Shown piece after piece: positions 11,811 to 25,548 of a stretch of DNA of 34,923 nt (positions are counted from its first letter, which is position 1; every line of letters starts with the position of its first letter). The translations under genes and the position numbers were made by a program. The stretch comes from Catajapyx aquilonaris (lineage: Eukaryota): assembly GCA_000934665.2 (NCBI GenBank), contig JYFJ02004072.1, positions 1-34,923 of the forward strand, written 5' to 3'. A model generated the notes under the pieces. The model saw only the letters and a list, made by a program, of their open reading frames with translations, was not told the DNA's origin and did no database searches.

Positions 11811-12057
11811 GTTATTGAAGACTCAGGTTAGGTCACTCCCCACCCACCCCCTGCCGAGGGATTACGCACCGGGTGCTCACTTGAGACCCCCACGAGACAT
11901 TTCCCAGAGCTATCATGTGGCGACCCTACCGGACTAAGGCTGAACTTTATAGGTACGAAAGGGTGGCTACATTGGGTGGCCCAACATGGCCGGCGCCCGG
12001 TGCGTAATCCCTCGGCAGGTGATAAGCCCAGAAGATAGGGGTAGTGTCCGTGGGCTG
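11811..12057 (-). mobile_element. Second, inverted copy of the palindromic element, with most of one arm deleted
   Basis: Both unique termini match copy 1 in reverse complement (GAAGACTCAGGTTAGGTCACTCCCCACCCACCCCCTGCCGAGGG... and ...CTCGGCAGGTGATAAGCCCAGAAGATAGGGGTAGTGTCCGTGGGCTG). A perfect 12-bp direct repeat ATCCAGTCCATG flanks it at 11799-11810 and 12058-12069. A 24-bp IR (CCTGCCGAGGGATTACGCACCGGG) remains. Confidence 0.92.
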
Positions 12058-14259
12058 ATCCAGTCCATGTGAAGGCTTCTCGACACTTTGTTTTTGAAGG
12101 CTGAGGATGTCAGGCTGTGGTTCCGGACTGCCACACGTGTTTAGGCATGCAGTTTGAGCGATATATATGGCGGTTTGTTTTGGCAGTGGGCATTCGACTG
12201 GTAATATGACCTTAGGCTGCGGCTGTGGCAAAGCCGTCAACCATGAACCTCTCCAACACTTTTAATGTGGCTCACGCACATTAAAATTGCTTACACCTCT
12301 GTGACGCGTAATATAATGTATGACGGCGCGGCGTGGTGATGCTAACTCGTGAACGAGCCGTTTGAAACGATGAAAGCGTCCGTGATTATTTTGTCGATAG
12401 GCATGGCAAGTTAATTATTCCGTGTCACCTATAGGATATTAATATTTTACAAAATAAAACCTTGTAAGCTCGCCTTTGAAAAATATATTAGACCGCATGA
12501 TGGCCATGCATGTGATATAACCCAAAGCAACGCAGAGCTAACCGAATACATAACTAACAAAAAGGGTAGAATGAAAGAAATTATTAACGCACAGCATTTA
12601 ACGGTATGTTCGAATCCCCTTTAGGACCGACTGTCCCATGGGGATTTCTAAAGCTCGCAATTAAAACTAATGCAGGTGGGAAACCACAGCACCATGAATA
12701 ATTACACATATTTAAGCAACATCACAGCCATCAAATTCTTATGGCGATCTGTTAAAATGCATGGCAGGGATTTTTAAAAAATGGATGGATGAGAAAAGCG
12801 TTCCCATGTGCGAAAAGCGAACCTGATGCCAACTCTCACAAAACATGCACGTCGTTGTTGGTACATCAACATGTGCGACTACCATATCACCCCTGGTCCT
12901 CTTCTTTCTATTTGACTGAGTCCAGACGGATAGGACGTCAGGACGAATGCGTATGCTACCGTTATATTCATGTACGGTTGTACAAAAAAGCTAGTCAGCA
13001 ACGATGTGAATGTTGCAAGGCTGTACCGTCACCTCAGGTGAGTTCTGGATTCTGCAAATAATTTCTAGTTTTCCAGGTTTATCTGACTGTTCAGGCGCCC
13101 CTAACCATAATGTCACTCTCCTGAAAAAACCGTTGCATTGGCTGCTTCTGTAAACCATACCTGAACATGTGATGTTGCTTACCTACATAATATACGTGAT
13201 AGATATTTGGAACATTTTTCTCTCAACTTTTTAGCAACGCTGTTCTTTTCTACGTCACATTTGCAACGTGGTTCATGATGGGAATGTGACTGCATCGTGG
13301 ATTAGGTTGGCGAGTCTAAACATGTCCTGCACAAAGCTGCCCCACCGGCAACGAGCAGTGCAACTTTCGTGTCTGGGTGGTATGCTGTTATCACGCATAC
13401 TCGAGCGTAACAAATCGTAGTCTGTGCATTTAGGCTAATTAAAAATGCAAACCCCTCCAGTTGGCGGGATCCATTTCAAAAAAAGTACCACATCTTCTTT
13501 GATATTTTTGTAACGCTTAGCACCTTTTCTTTAGCCGAACGTTGCAGGAGCTCTTCCCCCGGTTTCCATTTCTGAGATTGGCATCACGGACGGAGTAATC
13601 TCGGTCGGTTGTTTTCATCCAGTCGGCACAAGTAAGATCACGTGATCCAAGCTGGGCGGTGAGGGCCACGCCTTTCAAAGCTAAAGGCCCGTATAGACGC
13701 CGGCGGAAATTTGAAGTGATTTTAGAATACTTCATCCTGTGTGTCTTGCTCCAATTTTCCAAATGGCTTTCTGATGAAATGTGGGATGCCCTCCAGTTGC
13801 CAACTGGCGCGCTTCCCATCACAGAGGTCACGCTTCTCGAATGGTTGGCTCGGGAGAGAAAAATCACCCGCTGCCCAATTGTACGAGTAGTGATGCGTTT
13901 TATAGTTGCCACCCGGAACGTCGTCCACAAATTACGTCCCTGACACGGCCACTGCTTCATAATTTTCAAACACAGAATCAAAAAATATTGTTGCGAGCGC
14001 TGATTTTCACTCGCACTTTTCGAAGAGCTTCCGGCCGCTCGTTCATTCCGGAGGATGGGGACACAATTTGGTTGACAACAACACGATAGGTTTCCATTAT
14101 AATCAGAGCGATATTACTTTTGTGGGCATGTGTTTTTTGTTGGTGAGGAGAATATACATGGTCATGGTTTATAAATAGTACAAACCTGCACTGTTTAAAA
14201 TACTTATAAGAATCATGGAACATTCTTCCTCGTTCTGCACATTTCTACAGCCATGAAAC

Positions 14260-14260
<1 letters not shown>

Positions 14261-14332
<72 letters not shown>
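14261..14332. repeat. (TAT)24 microsatellite
   Basis: Perfect trinucleotide run, directly visible. Confidence 0.98.
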
Positions 14333-15290
14333 GGGATGATGGTGTTTGAAACATACTGCTATAGAAAGTTATTGTTACCCACACCCGCCAATAACTAACG
14401 CTTTAATGTGGGTACTGTAAAGCGATTATGTAATCCCCCTGAGTTCTACAACTCACACATGACCTATGGGACCCAGAATTTGGCCCAAAGCGTATGTTCT
14501 GTAAGGACTGATGGTTATAGTTTACTGGGGCAGGTAGTGGGGGTTACAATATACATTATGTAAAAAGGGTTTACTCACATGCGATGAAACTTATTATTTT
14601 ATCAAAACAAATGTTTGTTACGCGGTGTTTACAGAGTCAGCTCTCTCATGTGTATGTGACATGTGGAAGGTATATTAGGTAGAGCCTACAGGCCCATGCA
14701 AATATCAAGTTCCTGACATCAACTTCTGTAGGGACAGGTTTAATTTGACATGTTCATTTAGTATATCATATTTTGATGTTTTGGCTGGCGAGTTTCAGGT
14801 TTCAACTCGCTGAAACTGATTTTATAACTTAATATTATGAAGTGTTTCATTCAACAGCAGTGCATACTAAACGCGAAAAAAAATGTTGAGTGAACTGGAG
14901 CCTGGAAATCTGTGGGATGTAGGAAAGTATGGCGTTTCTGAGCCAGCACTGTGTGAATGTTACATTCAGTTTGTGGGAGGCGACACATTTTAGTGGTTCT
15001 TTAGATTCATTGCCGGTACACTTTTGTTTCACTACGGCAGTATTTCAGACTTGTAATTTTAAATGGAACAGCATATTTGTGCAGTAATATTGTACAAGAC
15101 TGCTCCAACCAGGTTCCAACAAGGAATATCCCCCTCTTACAAAAATTCGGCTTATTTTAGATGATTTCCTGTATTCAGAAAGTAATACTGTATTAAGTTA
15201 GGCTGCTTGTAGTAGATCAGAGTACAGTACTTCTTAGTCACTGGAAATCATCAATATAATTCGAATATTGATAAGCAGTGGTTCTTGCTC

Positions 15291-15306
15291 GTTGGATCAC
15301 CCTGTA
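15291..15306 (-). mobile_element. Solo Tc1/mariner-type TIR end (TA-CAGGGTGATCCAAC)
   Basis: GTTGGATCACCCTG-TA; the same terminus recurs at 27072-27086 and 33075-33090. Confidence 0.55.
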
Positions 15307-15459
15307 TACTCTCATACGAGTGCAATACTAAGCCGATGAAATATAGGCTATCCTGTGTTTCAAAAGTCAGATTATGTCAGCATCAGTGGAATTCAGTGGA
15401 CGCTCCCTTTCTAGATAATAGTCATATTTTAGGACTGAAGTCAAAATAAGCTACCCATC

Positions 15460-15493
15460 GTATTTATTCACCCATTGTATTTATTCACCCATT
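15460..15493. repeat. 17-bp tandem duplication (GTATTTATTCACCCATT)x2
   Basis: Directly visible perfect direct repeat. Confidence 0.9.
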
Positions 15494-17400
15494 AAAGTTT
15501 CTTCACTCGAGTGCCGGTTATATTTTTAACCACAATCATCATGCCATTTTGTGATTTTACCTGTAGCGACATTCTCGTATGCAGGTGATGCATTGGGAAC
15601 ATTCTTCAGTAGCATGTACGCAAAGCAGTTAAACGGAGCTTCAAAAATGCTTGGAACTCTGTTGAGGTAGTGGACGCGTTTGTTTCCTTCACCCCAAAAT
15701 CCGTCCACAGTCTGTACTCTGGTTACTCCGTCCGTCAGAGGAAGCGGAAAGGGGAATGTTACACTGCGTTCCAGCTGATACCCACAATGCGACTATAAGT
15801 GCAATTTACATAGCATTTGTGTGAGCAGTGGCGAGTGGTTGCCTGTAATGCTACTGGGACTGAAGATCGATATTGGGATATTGACTACAATAGCGATATT
15901 TACCAACTGCTGGGGCGACTAATCTGAGGACTTGATAATATCGGGCTGCAGGACTGGAGGGAGGAAAAGGGACCCATTTTTCCCTTAAAAGGAAGGAACC
16001 ATATCGAAGTCAATTTCTTCGGGTTTCTAGGGCGGTTGGTTCTTTGGGGTTAAAATGACCATGTTACTAGCATGATATTGCGGTCATTATAATGGAGAAA
16101 TATTTATTTCTTCTACGATGTTGGAAGGGCTTACTCTCATCAGCTCCAAATGGCGAGCAGCCACTGAGTGGGAGCGGTTTAGAAAATGAAATATGGACAA
16201 TTTAATTGACAATTAGTGCTCCCACTGATGCGATGCAATGATTGCAGACCATTGTACCAATGTACAGTATAAATAAGGGCTTATGGGACATGTGTGAGGG
16301 GAGGCTTGGTAATGATCTGACAAGTGAGTGACGAACATTCACTGTATGCATTCTCATAATGGAATATAATTTGTTTGTAGAGAACGTATTTGAACGAGAG
16401 AAAAGCAAACTCCTATTGTCTATTATGGCGTTCAAGTTCCTTAGCTTACCTTGACACAAAAGTTGGATACATATACAAACTATAGGGCAAATGCAGTATT
16501 AGTGCAGCACATTCCTCACATGTGGAGAATGAGGAATGTCCACCAGGATGTAAAAGAAAAGTGTCAGCAATCATGTTTGTGCTATATACTGCGTGATTAA
16601 TACGGCGAGTAGCTTATTATGCGACTATAAATTATGAATTGAACAGCACCATTAATAATATAGCGCACTTGCCTAAAAGTAGGCCATATCTGGAAAGTCA
16701 GTCCTCCGTGATGCCATAATTAAAATGCCGGTGTACTGCCGGGAGTTGCTAACGACATTCGAAATGCTAAGGCCTAAGAGCGGATAGGATTATGCACTAT
16801 TTCATTCTGTAACATTGCAGATAAGACAATAAATAATAAGTTGTTCTATAGTAAAAATTGAGCACAGTCTGTGTAAGTAGGAACACGCCGCTCCGTGAAG
16901 TAAATGTAAACATATACTATACAGTATTTCCACTGCCAGAGGCAAGGTCCGGGTTGATGTGAGGTAATATCTGATGCTCCTAACTCCTTATCGGATGTAG
17001 TACACTGTGCGAGTAAAAGGGGACCTGCCGAGCCTGTAATTTCACCACCTTTCATCTTTCCGCACACTCTTACTTGGGGCATTCAAAACTTCTGGTCGTT
17101 GATGAATAGGAAGCATGTACTGTATACTCCCCAAGTTGTGCCCCTCTTGTAACCCGCAATACTGGTGGTGACGCATTTCACTTCCTTTCTTGGCCCCTTT
17201 TTCACTGAAAGTCAAGTCTGATCCGTAGTTTCCTAACTACCCAACTGTTTCCGAATCGATTGGTACAGTTGAAAATTTTGAAAAGTTAGTACTCTCAAAA
17301 TGAAGTGTACGTCCCTGGCACAAAAACTCGGTATTCATAACTTTGCAAGAGACTTGAGCCTGCAAGTAATAAATCCCAAGCCTTGCCTACTTCCCTCCTC

Positions 17401-17432
17401 TTCCTTCCTTCCTTCCTTCCTTCCTTCCTTCC
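17401..17432. repeat. (TTCC)8 microsatellite
   Basis: Directly visible. Confidence 0.95.
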
Positions 17433-20400
17433 TACCAACCTTCCCCGATTAATGCGGGCAGAGCAGAAGCGACAGCAGCATGCTATAGCCAAGTCAGATT
17501 CCTGTAGAAACGGGACAGAGAGGAATTGGTAAAGTCTGCATGAGAAGGAGGGAATTCATTAGAAGGCGAAATCCGTCCAATAGACCGCTCTTCACCCTTG
17601 TAAATCCCTCCAAGATATAGGAAGGGCTGTTGGGTGGCGAGTGCGAAAATTCCCGTGCATTTTGAACCGCAAGCCGACAGCGGTGTTAATGAGTGATTCC
17701 TGGTTCTTTTTTTTATTTTTCGAATAGTAAAAGGGCGGGCCCAAATCGGGAGTTGCCCGAGGCGCTTTTCCTGCTGCAAGAGCCCGGAAATGACTCTCTT
17801 CCAACACTTGCGTTATTATAAAGTTCAAATTGCGACGGGAATTTCCAGTCTTTCAATAGTTGCTGCTAGTCATATTGCAAGTGACGTGGGTGTGAACGAA
17901 TCGTTCAAACTTACGCAGTACTTTATTCCAGTGGAAGTAGAAAAGTCTCGGTGAATGAATATATTTCTTGCGAAATGATATTTGGAGTCGTTCATATAGT
18001 CAGGACCACTCGTCGATTATTTTTTTTAAATGTAGATTTGTAATTTTTTATTCGTGATTGAGATACACTTCATTGGCAAAAGGGCACTGGATATGTGCAT
18101 TTCAAGGTACTAAAATTACTTCTAACTTCTGTGTACCGTAGGCTCAATAAAACCTGCTCTCCGCAGCCACATTACAGAAATATTTTACTGTTCATCATTT
18201 AGTTTTGGGAATATTATTCTCAAACTGATATATATTTTTCATCGTAAATGGTATGCTGGAGTGACAATCTGTTGTGATCCCAACCCGTAGCTTATAAATG
18301 TGTCTTGCTCCTGCTGCACTGAAAGAGAGGGACTGCTGTGCTACAGAATACATGACAAGATGTGGATGACAAGATAAATTGTCGTTGGCCTCTCTATCTA
18401 GATAAAACTGAGAATTTGAAATTTTGAAGGAGACATGGATTGATGGAGGTTTTTGTGTTGGATGCGCAATGAAAAGAGCATGGAACCCTATGGTCCAGAG
18501 CCTCTGTCACGACCTAAGCATCCATTGGGATATAATATATGTGGATCGTCTGAGAAAAGCGTTATAGAGGACAGAATTTAAAGAGCGAGTTTAGTTTATC
18601 TCAAGGTGAATGATATGCTAATGCCCGCATGTAAATAGGGGCACAATATACCAAGTTTATCGTCCTTATCGTATTTAATCAGAGAGATTTATTTGATAAA
18701 ACATTTTCGTGATTGTTTGATTTTCATATGAACCCACTTATGTAGTTTTCAATAAGTTTAGCAGTCGGTTAGATGTTTTAGTTGTTGTTCCTTTTTAAAT
18801 TTGCATAGGTTTACATTACTTCAACTATGTAGAATACGGTCGCTGAATTAAAAACCTAAACCTTATATGTGCATGCACCGGAACTTTCCTACAGTGCCGC
18901 AGTGACACCAGCCTCATAAACGATCTATGAATTAATTACATGTTTTGGAACCAAACCAATAAACACAAGCTGAGTAAACGTTACTCTGCATTCAGGTGAG
19001 CGGAACGTCCTACATATGGCTGTCAGGTAGTGACATATTGAGTACACATGTAATGTGTGAACATTAATAACGAGGCATTTATCGCTACTGATTTAGACGC
19101 CAGACATATGACGTTACGCCTAGTGTGGTCGGGTCACTGTGTAATTTAGCAAATCGTAATGTAGAATAAACATTGCTGATGTATGTTGTGTCAAAACGAG
19201 ACTAATTACTCACGCACATCTACACTCCATCATCTTTTATCTGCATAATCGGCACTAGGCCTATGCCTCAGCTGTTAGGCTTCGCACAAATTATTATTTT
19301 TCACCAACTTTTGATTAGCCCCCAGTATTTGATTGAAATCACAAGTTGCTTAAACCGCAGGCGTCTACATGTAACTGATTCCTAGTGAAGTATAGGCCCC
19401 CACTATTGATGTGACAAATATTCCAGCAGGAAGATCCCATAATCTTGTTGCACAGTCGAGTTCACCAAGTTGTCGGAGTGGAAGCTGCAAAGGCATAATC
19501 TGTGGGCCCCGCTTTTCATTACCGCCTGTAGCTTCTACATTACAGACCTTTTGCAATAATAATAATGCCCCCTCTGCATCGACTTTATAGACGTCGACAG
19601 GTACTTACGTTTCGCTACGGATCTGGTTCTCTAATCCCAGTGTATGGACCTCCGAGGCAAGAGGATTATTTATTCTTGTTTTCATGTTAACACGTGCGTG
19701 TCATCCTATTAGCGTGGTTAACACTGATTCATTTGGACGGTATTGTTAAACCCAACAAGGGCGAAAGTCATATAAAAATGATGTCGGTCGCAGCTTGCAT
19801 TTTAAAGCAATAAACGTTTACAAAATATAATCCAATGCAGGTTACAATTTCGATACAATCCTGTTGTAAGAGGATTTCAAAAACCTCTGGTGGATTTGGG
19901 TAGCAAGTCAAGGACACAAGCCCTGCATGGAGTATAGAGACAACAATAAAGTTTCGGAGAATCTAATGTCAACTGATGAAACCAGGAACACCAGTGCAAA
20001 CAGTCAAAGGGAGGATAGAGAAAGGATTTTTTTGTACTGGTATATAGTGTTTGCATATGCCCTGATTGATGTCGTCTGTCGGTTTATCTTGGTACTAGTG
20101 TAACACTAACATTTTCATTACCCTTAGAACGTATTTGCTATGGATCTAAATTGGTCGCATTTTCATTGCCTCTATATAGTGGAGGGTTCTCTTGAGAGGC
20201 AACATTGGTCACGTGGTAAAGCTCAGCTAGTGATTAGCTACAATTCCTATAAGCAGCCAATAGAATTGACTGATATGAATCATGTGGCCAGTAGGGGTGT
20301 CAGTGCTCTCTCAAAGTAAGTTGGGCTTTAACTATGAAATAATTTAATTCTTTTTTTGCAGAATGCGCAGTAGTGTAAGTGAAATTTTGTGTCGTAAGGA

Positions 20401-22890
20401 CGCCAAAATACCAGCACAAAATATGTGACGTGATAATACACATTAGTTATATACCGTACTAGAAAAAGCGAGAATGTCAGGTACAGAAGTGGAAAAATCC
20501 TTGCAGAAGAAAATGTTTCAGTGAAACCTACAAGAACAAGTGCCCTCTCGACCCACGCGAACGTTGAAAACGAGGGCAATCAATTAATAAGTGTTTCACC
20601 TCAAAACGTCGTCTCCACAGGGATCTCAGCCCACGCCGATCCTCATCACGGTGAAGGAGATGATATCCGTGGTCAAGAGGCTATGACGATACGAGTACCA
20701 CTAACGCAGACCATGCAGTCAATACCGCATGTTATATATTGTACAGCAGAATGAAAGAGCAGAATTGACAGTGCCAGCAAAATACAAAAGTAATCTACGC
20801 ACTAAACTGAACCTATATCCCACAATAAAATGGAAACGCTAATTACAATCGCAATATAATATTATAGTGTCATAAATTACGAATCAATTGGCCATGGCAA
20901 TGATCATAAATGGTAATTAAATTGTTGATTCATGCGAACATATATAACTACATATTTTTTATATGGCAATGTAGGTCATCATTTACTTGTCAATGGCTGC
21001 AGGCATGAACAGATCAGTCCCGTGACCGCATGCATAATGATGCGAAGATCGATCGTGACTCAATCAACCGCATGAATATGTATCATTCTTGTAGTACATA
21101 TTGTAACTACAAATAGTCACCCATCAACAGTTTTTTTGCCCATTTTACCACTTGGACTCTGAATGTAGTAAATAAGTTAGTGTCGCCTTCACCCTCTTGA
21201 TTGCCACAAATCATAGCATTAGTCGTAATTGCCCCCTAGCACTTTCCGTGTCCTGCTCCGTGCATTCGAAGCAGGGCAACATGTAACCGACTGCAATTTG
21301 CCAGATGACAACGCTTACAAACTCGATATAAGCTATTTATAATTCATTCGATTGCTGGGACCGTGCCTGCTTGTCTGTCTGCAAATTTTTTTTCCAGGAG
21401 AGTAGCTATGTGTACAGTGCAATGCAGGCAGCCTGATGACCAGCTAAAAGTTTTCAATTCCGCAGCGTCGGCTTCATGAACTATGGCCCTCCGATGTGCT
21501 TCAACCAAGTAATTTTCTCTGATGGTGCCGCACTGCAATAACTCCCGAATTAAACCATGTTTTTGAATGCTCATACTCTCTGGTCCCCGTGTGCGTGCGT
21601 GTATATATTTGGCAGTAGCCTTCATGAGAGTGATGTGAAAATGGGCGCCATAATTTCGGAACGCAAATTGGGTTAATTCAACAATAGAGTTCTTTTTTGG
21701 GGGAGGGTGGGTGGGAGTGTTTTCCGGAAGGAAAAGCGTCGGATTTGGATAGTGCATGCAGTGACATTTCTACGTGTATTGTTATACCACTGCTGCTGCT
21801 CATTAGCTCTTGTTTGAATAAAAATGTCACGAGGCCATAGTGTGAGCCTACCCTGGCCTTCGAAGGTGAATAATCATCATAATGGCTAAAGTTAATTTTT
21901 TGCGTTAATTTTTTTCCTGAATATTTTACTTTCATTTGGATCACTTCCTCGTAATATTAATTGTATGCGAATAGCCTTCACGAACAAGGAACATGTCACT
22001 TTTGATAGAGTCTTGTTATTGAATTTTGTCCTCTCACTTTTCTCTCCTACTTTTATCTCGGATCATAGGCCTTTGACGAGAGATGCTTTGCATACTACGG
22101 TTAATTTTCCATCAAGATGAACTCGGCTTCGAAACTCTTAAGTTCGCGTTTCTTTTTAAAGTTCATATTTTTTGAAAGAACTGCTTGGTTCTTTGATGTC
22201 GAAGGTGCATTAAAGAAGTGAGCACTTCAAACAAAAATAACTTTCTATTGCGCAAGCGGTCATTATTTTTATTTTGCTGATTTGCCAGCAGTTACGCCGA
22301 GTTTGAAACTTCACGTCAAAAGTAGCAAGGATAGCTGGCATATATTCGATTCGAAGAGAACGGTATATACAGTTCGCCCTGTACGGATTTTCTCTTCGAA
22401 AATACGGCAGGACCATAATCAAAAGAACGAAAGCAGCCTGGCGCAATCCCCCACTGCAAAGAGCGCCAACTAAGGATTATCTAAGTAAACATACGGATCA
22501 AGTTCACCAGCCAGCTTGAGGCTTCCATAAATTCGACTTATACTTGTATGCTTTGTCTGCAGCTCCATTTTATCTGCTACTTGCGCCAAATGCGGACGAA
22601 TTAGCCGGTCGCTTTTGTAAGCTGTTGGTCTGGGAGAAGAAAGCTGTGCGTTATCCGGTACAGGTGAATCTGATAAAACGAGGAGCACAAAATCTGCCAT
22701 TTCCAATCATCCTCTCGTTGGCCTGGAGACCGTAAACTTTGAAACAGCCCCCCCGATTCCTTTTTTATCAAGCAAAAGTCTGAAGAATCACACAAGAAGA
22801 AGAAGAGGATGGGCTAAAAGCAAAGGGACTTCAACTGCTCGCTTCCGTCCTTCAATGGCGATTCAACCTCCTCCCCTTCGACCTCCCCCA

Positions 22891-22945
22891 GGAAAGGAGA
22901 AGGAAGAGAAGGAGGAGGAGGAGGAGGAGGAGGAGGAAAAAAAAA
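22891..22945. repeat. Polypurine tract with (GGA)n microsatellite and A-run
   Basis: Directly visible; it explains the poly-Glu stretch in ORF 22855..23160. Confidence 0.92.
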
Positions 22946-23862
22946 CTAAACTCGGAGGGGTTGAACACAACTCTCCTGATTCCTTGAAACCGACCTATAA
23001 CCGTATCTCTCGGTGCCAAGGCGATCCTTTTGCCTGCTTGCTTCTATCCGGAGGAGGGTTTAAAAAGGAAAGGGTTCGTGGAGGTGGAACTGTTTTGGAG
23101 GTATTCAGGAGAAGTAATAGCACAGGGCGGGGAGTTTATGGAACAGGATGGATCTTCTGAGGTCACATGTGCCTGTTTTCTCTAGTCCACTATGCTTTCT
23201 ATTTACCTGACCAATGTGGACCATGTGAAAGAGAACCGGTAGTTGTGCTAAAATATGCAAAGAAACCTGTTAGAAGGGACCTTCTGTTAATTGCATCCAC
23301 TGGAGATCGTATTTTCTGTAAAGTAAGAGGGCCACAACTACAATATGTGTAAAAGGCTACTCTACTAATACAGCCCACAAAATTGATTTTAATGCATTAT
23401 CGGGTTGGCCTATTTTCTGGCAGTTTTCCTTGTGGAATGCATGTTGGTTTGTACGCGTATAACGAGTCTCTCACATATTTCAAAAATGCCCCAATAATGA
23501 ATTTTGTGGCCTTTCATTAGACTCGCAGTTCATTTTTATTGGCAGTACGGTAATATACCATAACTGGACCGCTCTGGTTACAAGATCATTGATGCAAGAA
23601 TTCGGCACTCAAAATTTGAGACAAGTTGGTTGCAATTGATATGTCAGTGTTTTTGTGATATGAAAAGAGCAGGGCGTTGGATATGAAAAATTCGCATGCG
23701 ATCTGGGGTATTTGGCACGAGGTCACCAGTATGATAAATTCTTTATGAGAACTTTTCGCGCCTGATCAATAAAACTGTCGATGTTTTTAGGTACGGGTTT
23801 TAATATGAGGTGCATTCAACATTCCATTTGTAGAGCCGAATTCTCACAGAAATCATCTCCCG

Positions 23863-23864
<2 letters not shown>

Positions 23865-23916
<52 letters not shown>
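23865..23916. repeat. (CT)26 microsatellite
   Basis: Directly visible. Confidence 0.98.
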
Positions 23917-23921
<5 letters not shown>

Positions 23922-25548
23922 AGTTTCTCTATATGCAATATGGAATATTCGCTTCCTTCGATCGTTTTTGTAATCGAAATTTTTATGCCTCATTATGGAT
24001 TAATACCAACATTGTATAGTAATCTTCAACAGAGTGTGTAATATTCTAAACTAGGGCTTCTTCATCCACGAGGAAAATGTATGGAGGCCTACTCCTTGTT
24101 AGCCGCAGTTTGGCAAACTTGCTTCGTGTTTTGGTAGGTGAATAAGTTTAGTTGGTGGAACAATGCACTCTACAGTGTAACTATTAGGAATTAGAAGTGC
24201 AAGCAGGCTGGGTGTTGCTTCAAAGGTCGAGACGCAATACCTCGAGGCGATTCTGTGGTTGTACGGCTCTTGTTTACAGATAAACCCATGTTACTTGTGC
24301 TTCTGTGTCTGCCATATCCATTGTGGAAACATCCTAGAAATACATCGTGCGGTATAATAATATGCTATTTATTAGGCCGAGTTGCATCCTCGCGGGTTTT
24401 CCTTGAAACCCGGGGGATACCATTGTAATTAATTGTTGAGCAAGAATTAGTAATAATGACAATCCCGGGGTTTGGAGCGAAATCCGCAGATGGTGCGACA
24501 TGACCTTAGGATTATACTTAATATCGTGAAAGCGTAGCATGCCATAGGTCACAGGGCAGAAGGCGTAAGGTAGCAGAGGTAGGAGTGCCCTGGTTGGAAG
24601 AAATTTACTACATTGTGCATTAGTTGCATGTAACTATATCAACTGGATGTCATGAAAATGCGCTTCTCATTGGCACCGGATAAGTGCCTGTGATGACATT
24701 AACGAGGATAAAAGTGTTTAAAAACTCTTTGTTCATAGAGATGTAAAATCTTTTGGCATGTTGATATACATATTTTACTTCAGGCGACGAGACTTTGCAT
24801 AGTTCATAATATGCGGACTCTCATATTCAATCGGCCATTGCCATGCATACGTCTCCAGAAGTTCAAGTGAGACATCTTTCAGCATCCTCCAAACATTCCA
24901 GACCATAGTTTAGAACTCGCATGGAGTGATTTCCTTGTTCGAGAAATTTTCGGCAGGTGAGAGCCTGCAGATTGAACAAGAAACAAAAAAATAAGCTTGG
25001 TGGTGAGCGTGCTCAAATATAGGCTTACCAAATACCTCGGTCGACAGAGTGCGTGTGGAGTAGTAGCTAAAAACTATGTGCCATCAAGCTGCTATGTAGT
25101 TTCCAGAAGGCTTTAATCCTAACGGTTCTTACTGGAACATTCTAGTATAGTTGCAAAGTTCAGATTATGAGACATGTTGTATAAATTACCATACAGTATA
25201 CTTCTAAGGTTTGGTATTTGTGTACTTTTTTTGTTACAATATTAATATTTAGGACAACAATGTAACTCAAAAAATAAGGATTTTATGCAACATGTAAATA
25301 CATCAGTAGTGGACTCTTATCGACTCACAGGTTTGTAAGGTACCGTACAATAGATAAGTGTATAATCAACATAGACCTGTAATGGACACACGTCCGAGTA
25401 CTCCATACCTTTCAAGCACAAGCTGTTCAGATGGAGCAAGCATTCTATACATTATAGTTTTTCTACCCTTCCACAGTCTAACTCCATTACTTTTCAATAG
25501 CAGTGTTTGACCTATAGTAATGAACTTTGACCTCTCTTTTCCCCCTAG

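Noticed and set aside
13517..14089. Cluster of overlapping ORFs up to 154 aa
   Set aside because: No recognisable motif or convincing splice signals, and open frames on both strands suggest composition rather than coding.
15827..15875. A-box-like GTGGCGAGTGGTT suggesting a tRNA or SINE head
   Set aside because: No B-box (GTTCRA) or cloverleaf downstream.
16509..16539. 10-bp perfect inverted repeat ACATTCCTCA/TGAGGAATGT
   Set aside because: Isolated and short, with no supporting context; too small for a pre-miRNA.
18240..18290. KWY tripeptide as a candidate upstream Beat exon
   Set aside because: Surrounding residues do not fit the Beat motif and the frame closes quickly.
20192..20314. Degenerate inverted repeat (TTGAGAG...CTCTCAA)
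   Set aside because: Possibly an old MITE, but too degenerate to delimit by eye.
22855..23160. Pro/Glu-rich 101-aa ORF
   Set aside because: Explained by low-complexity C-rich and (GGA)n tracts.
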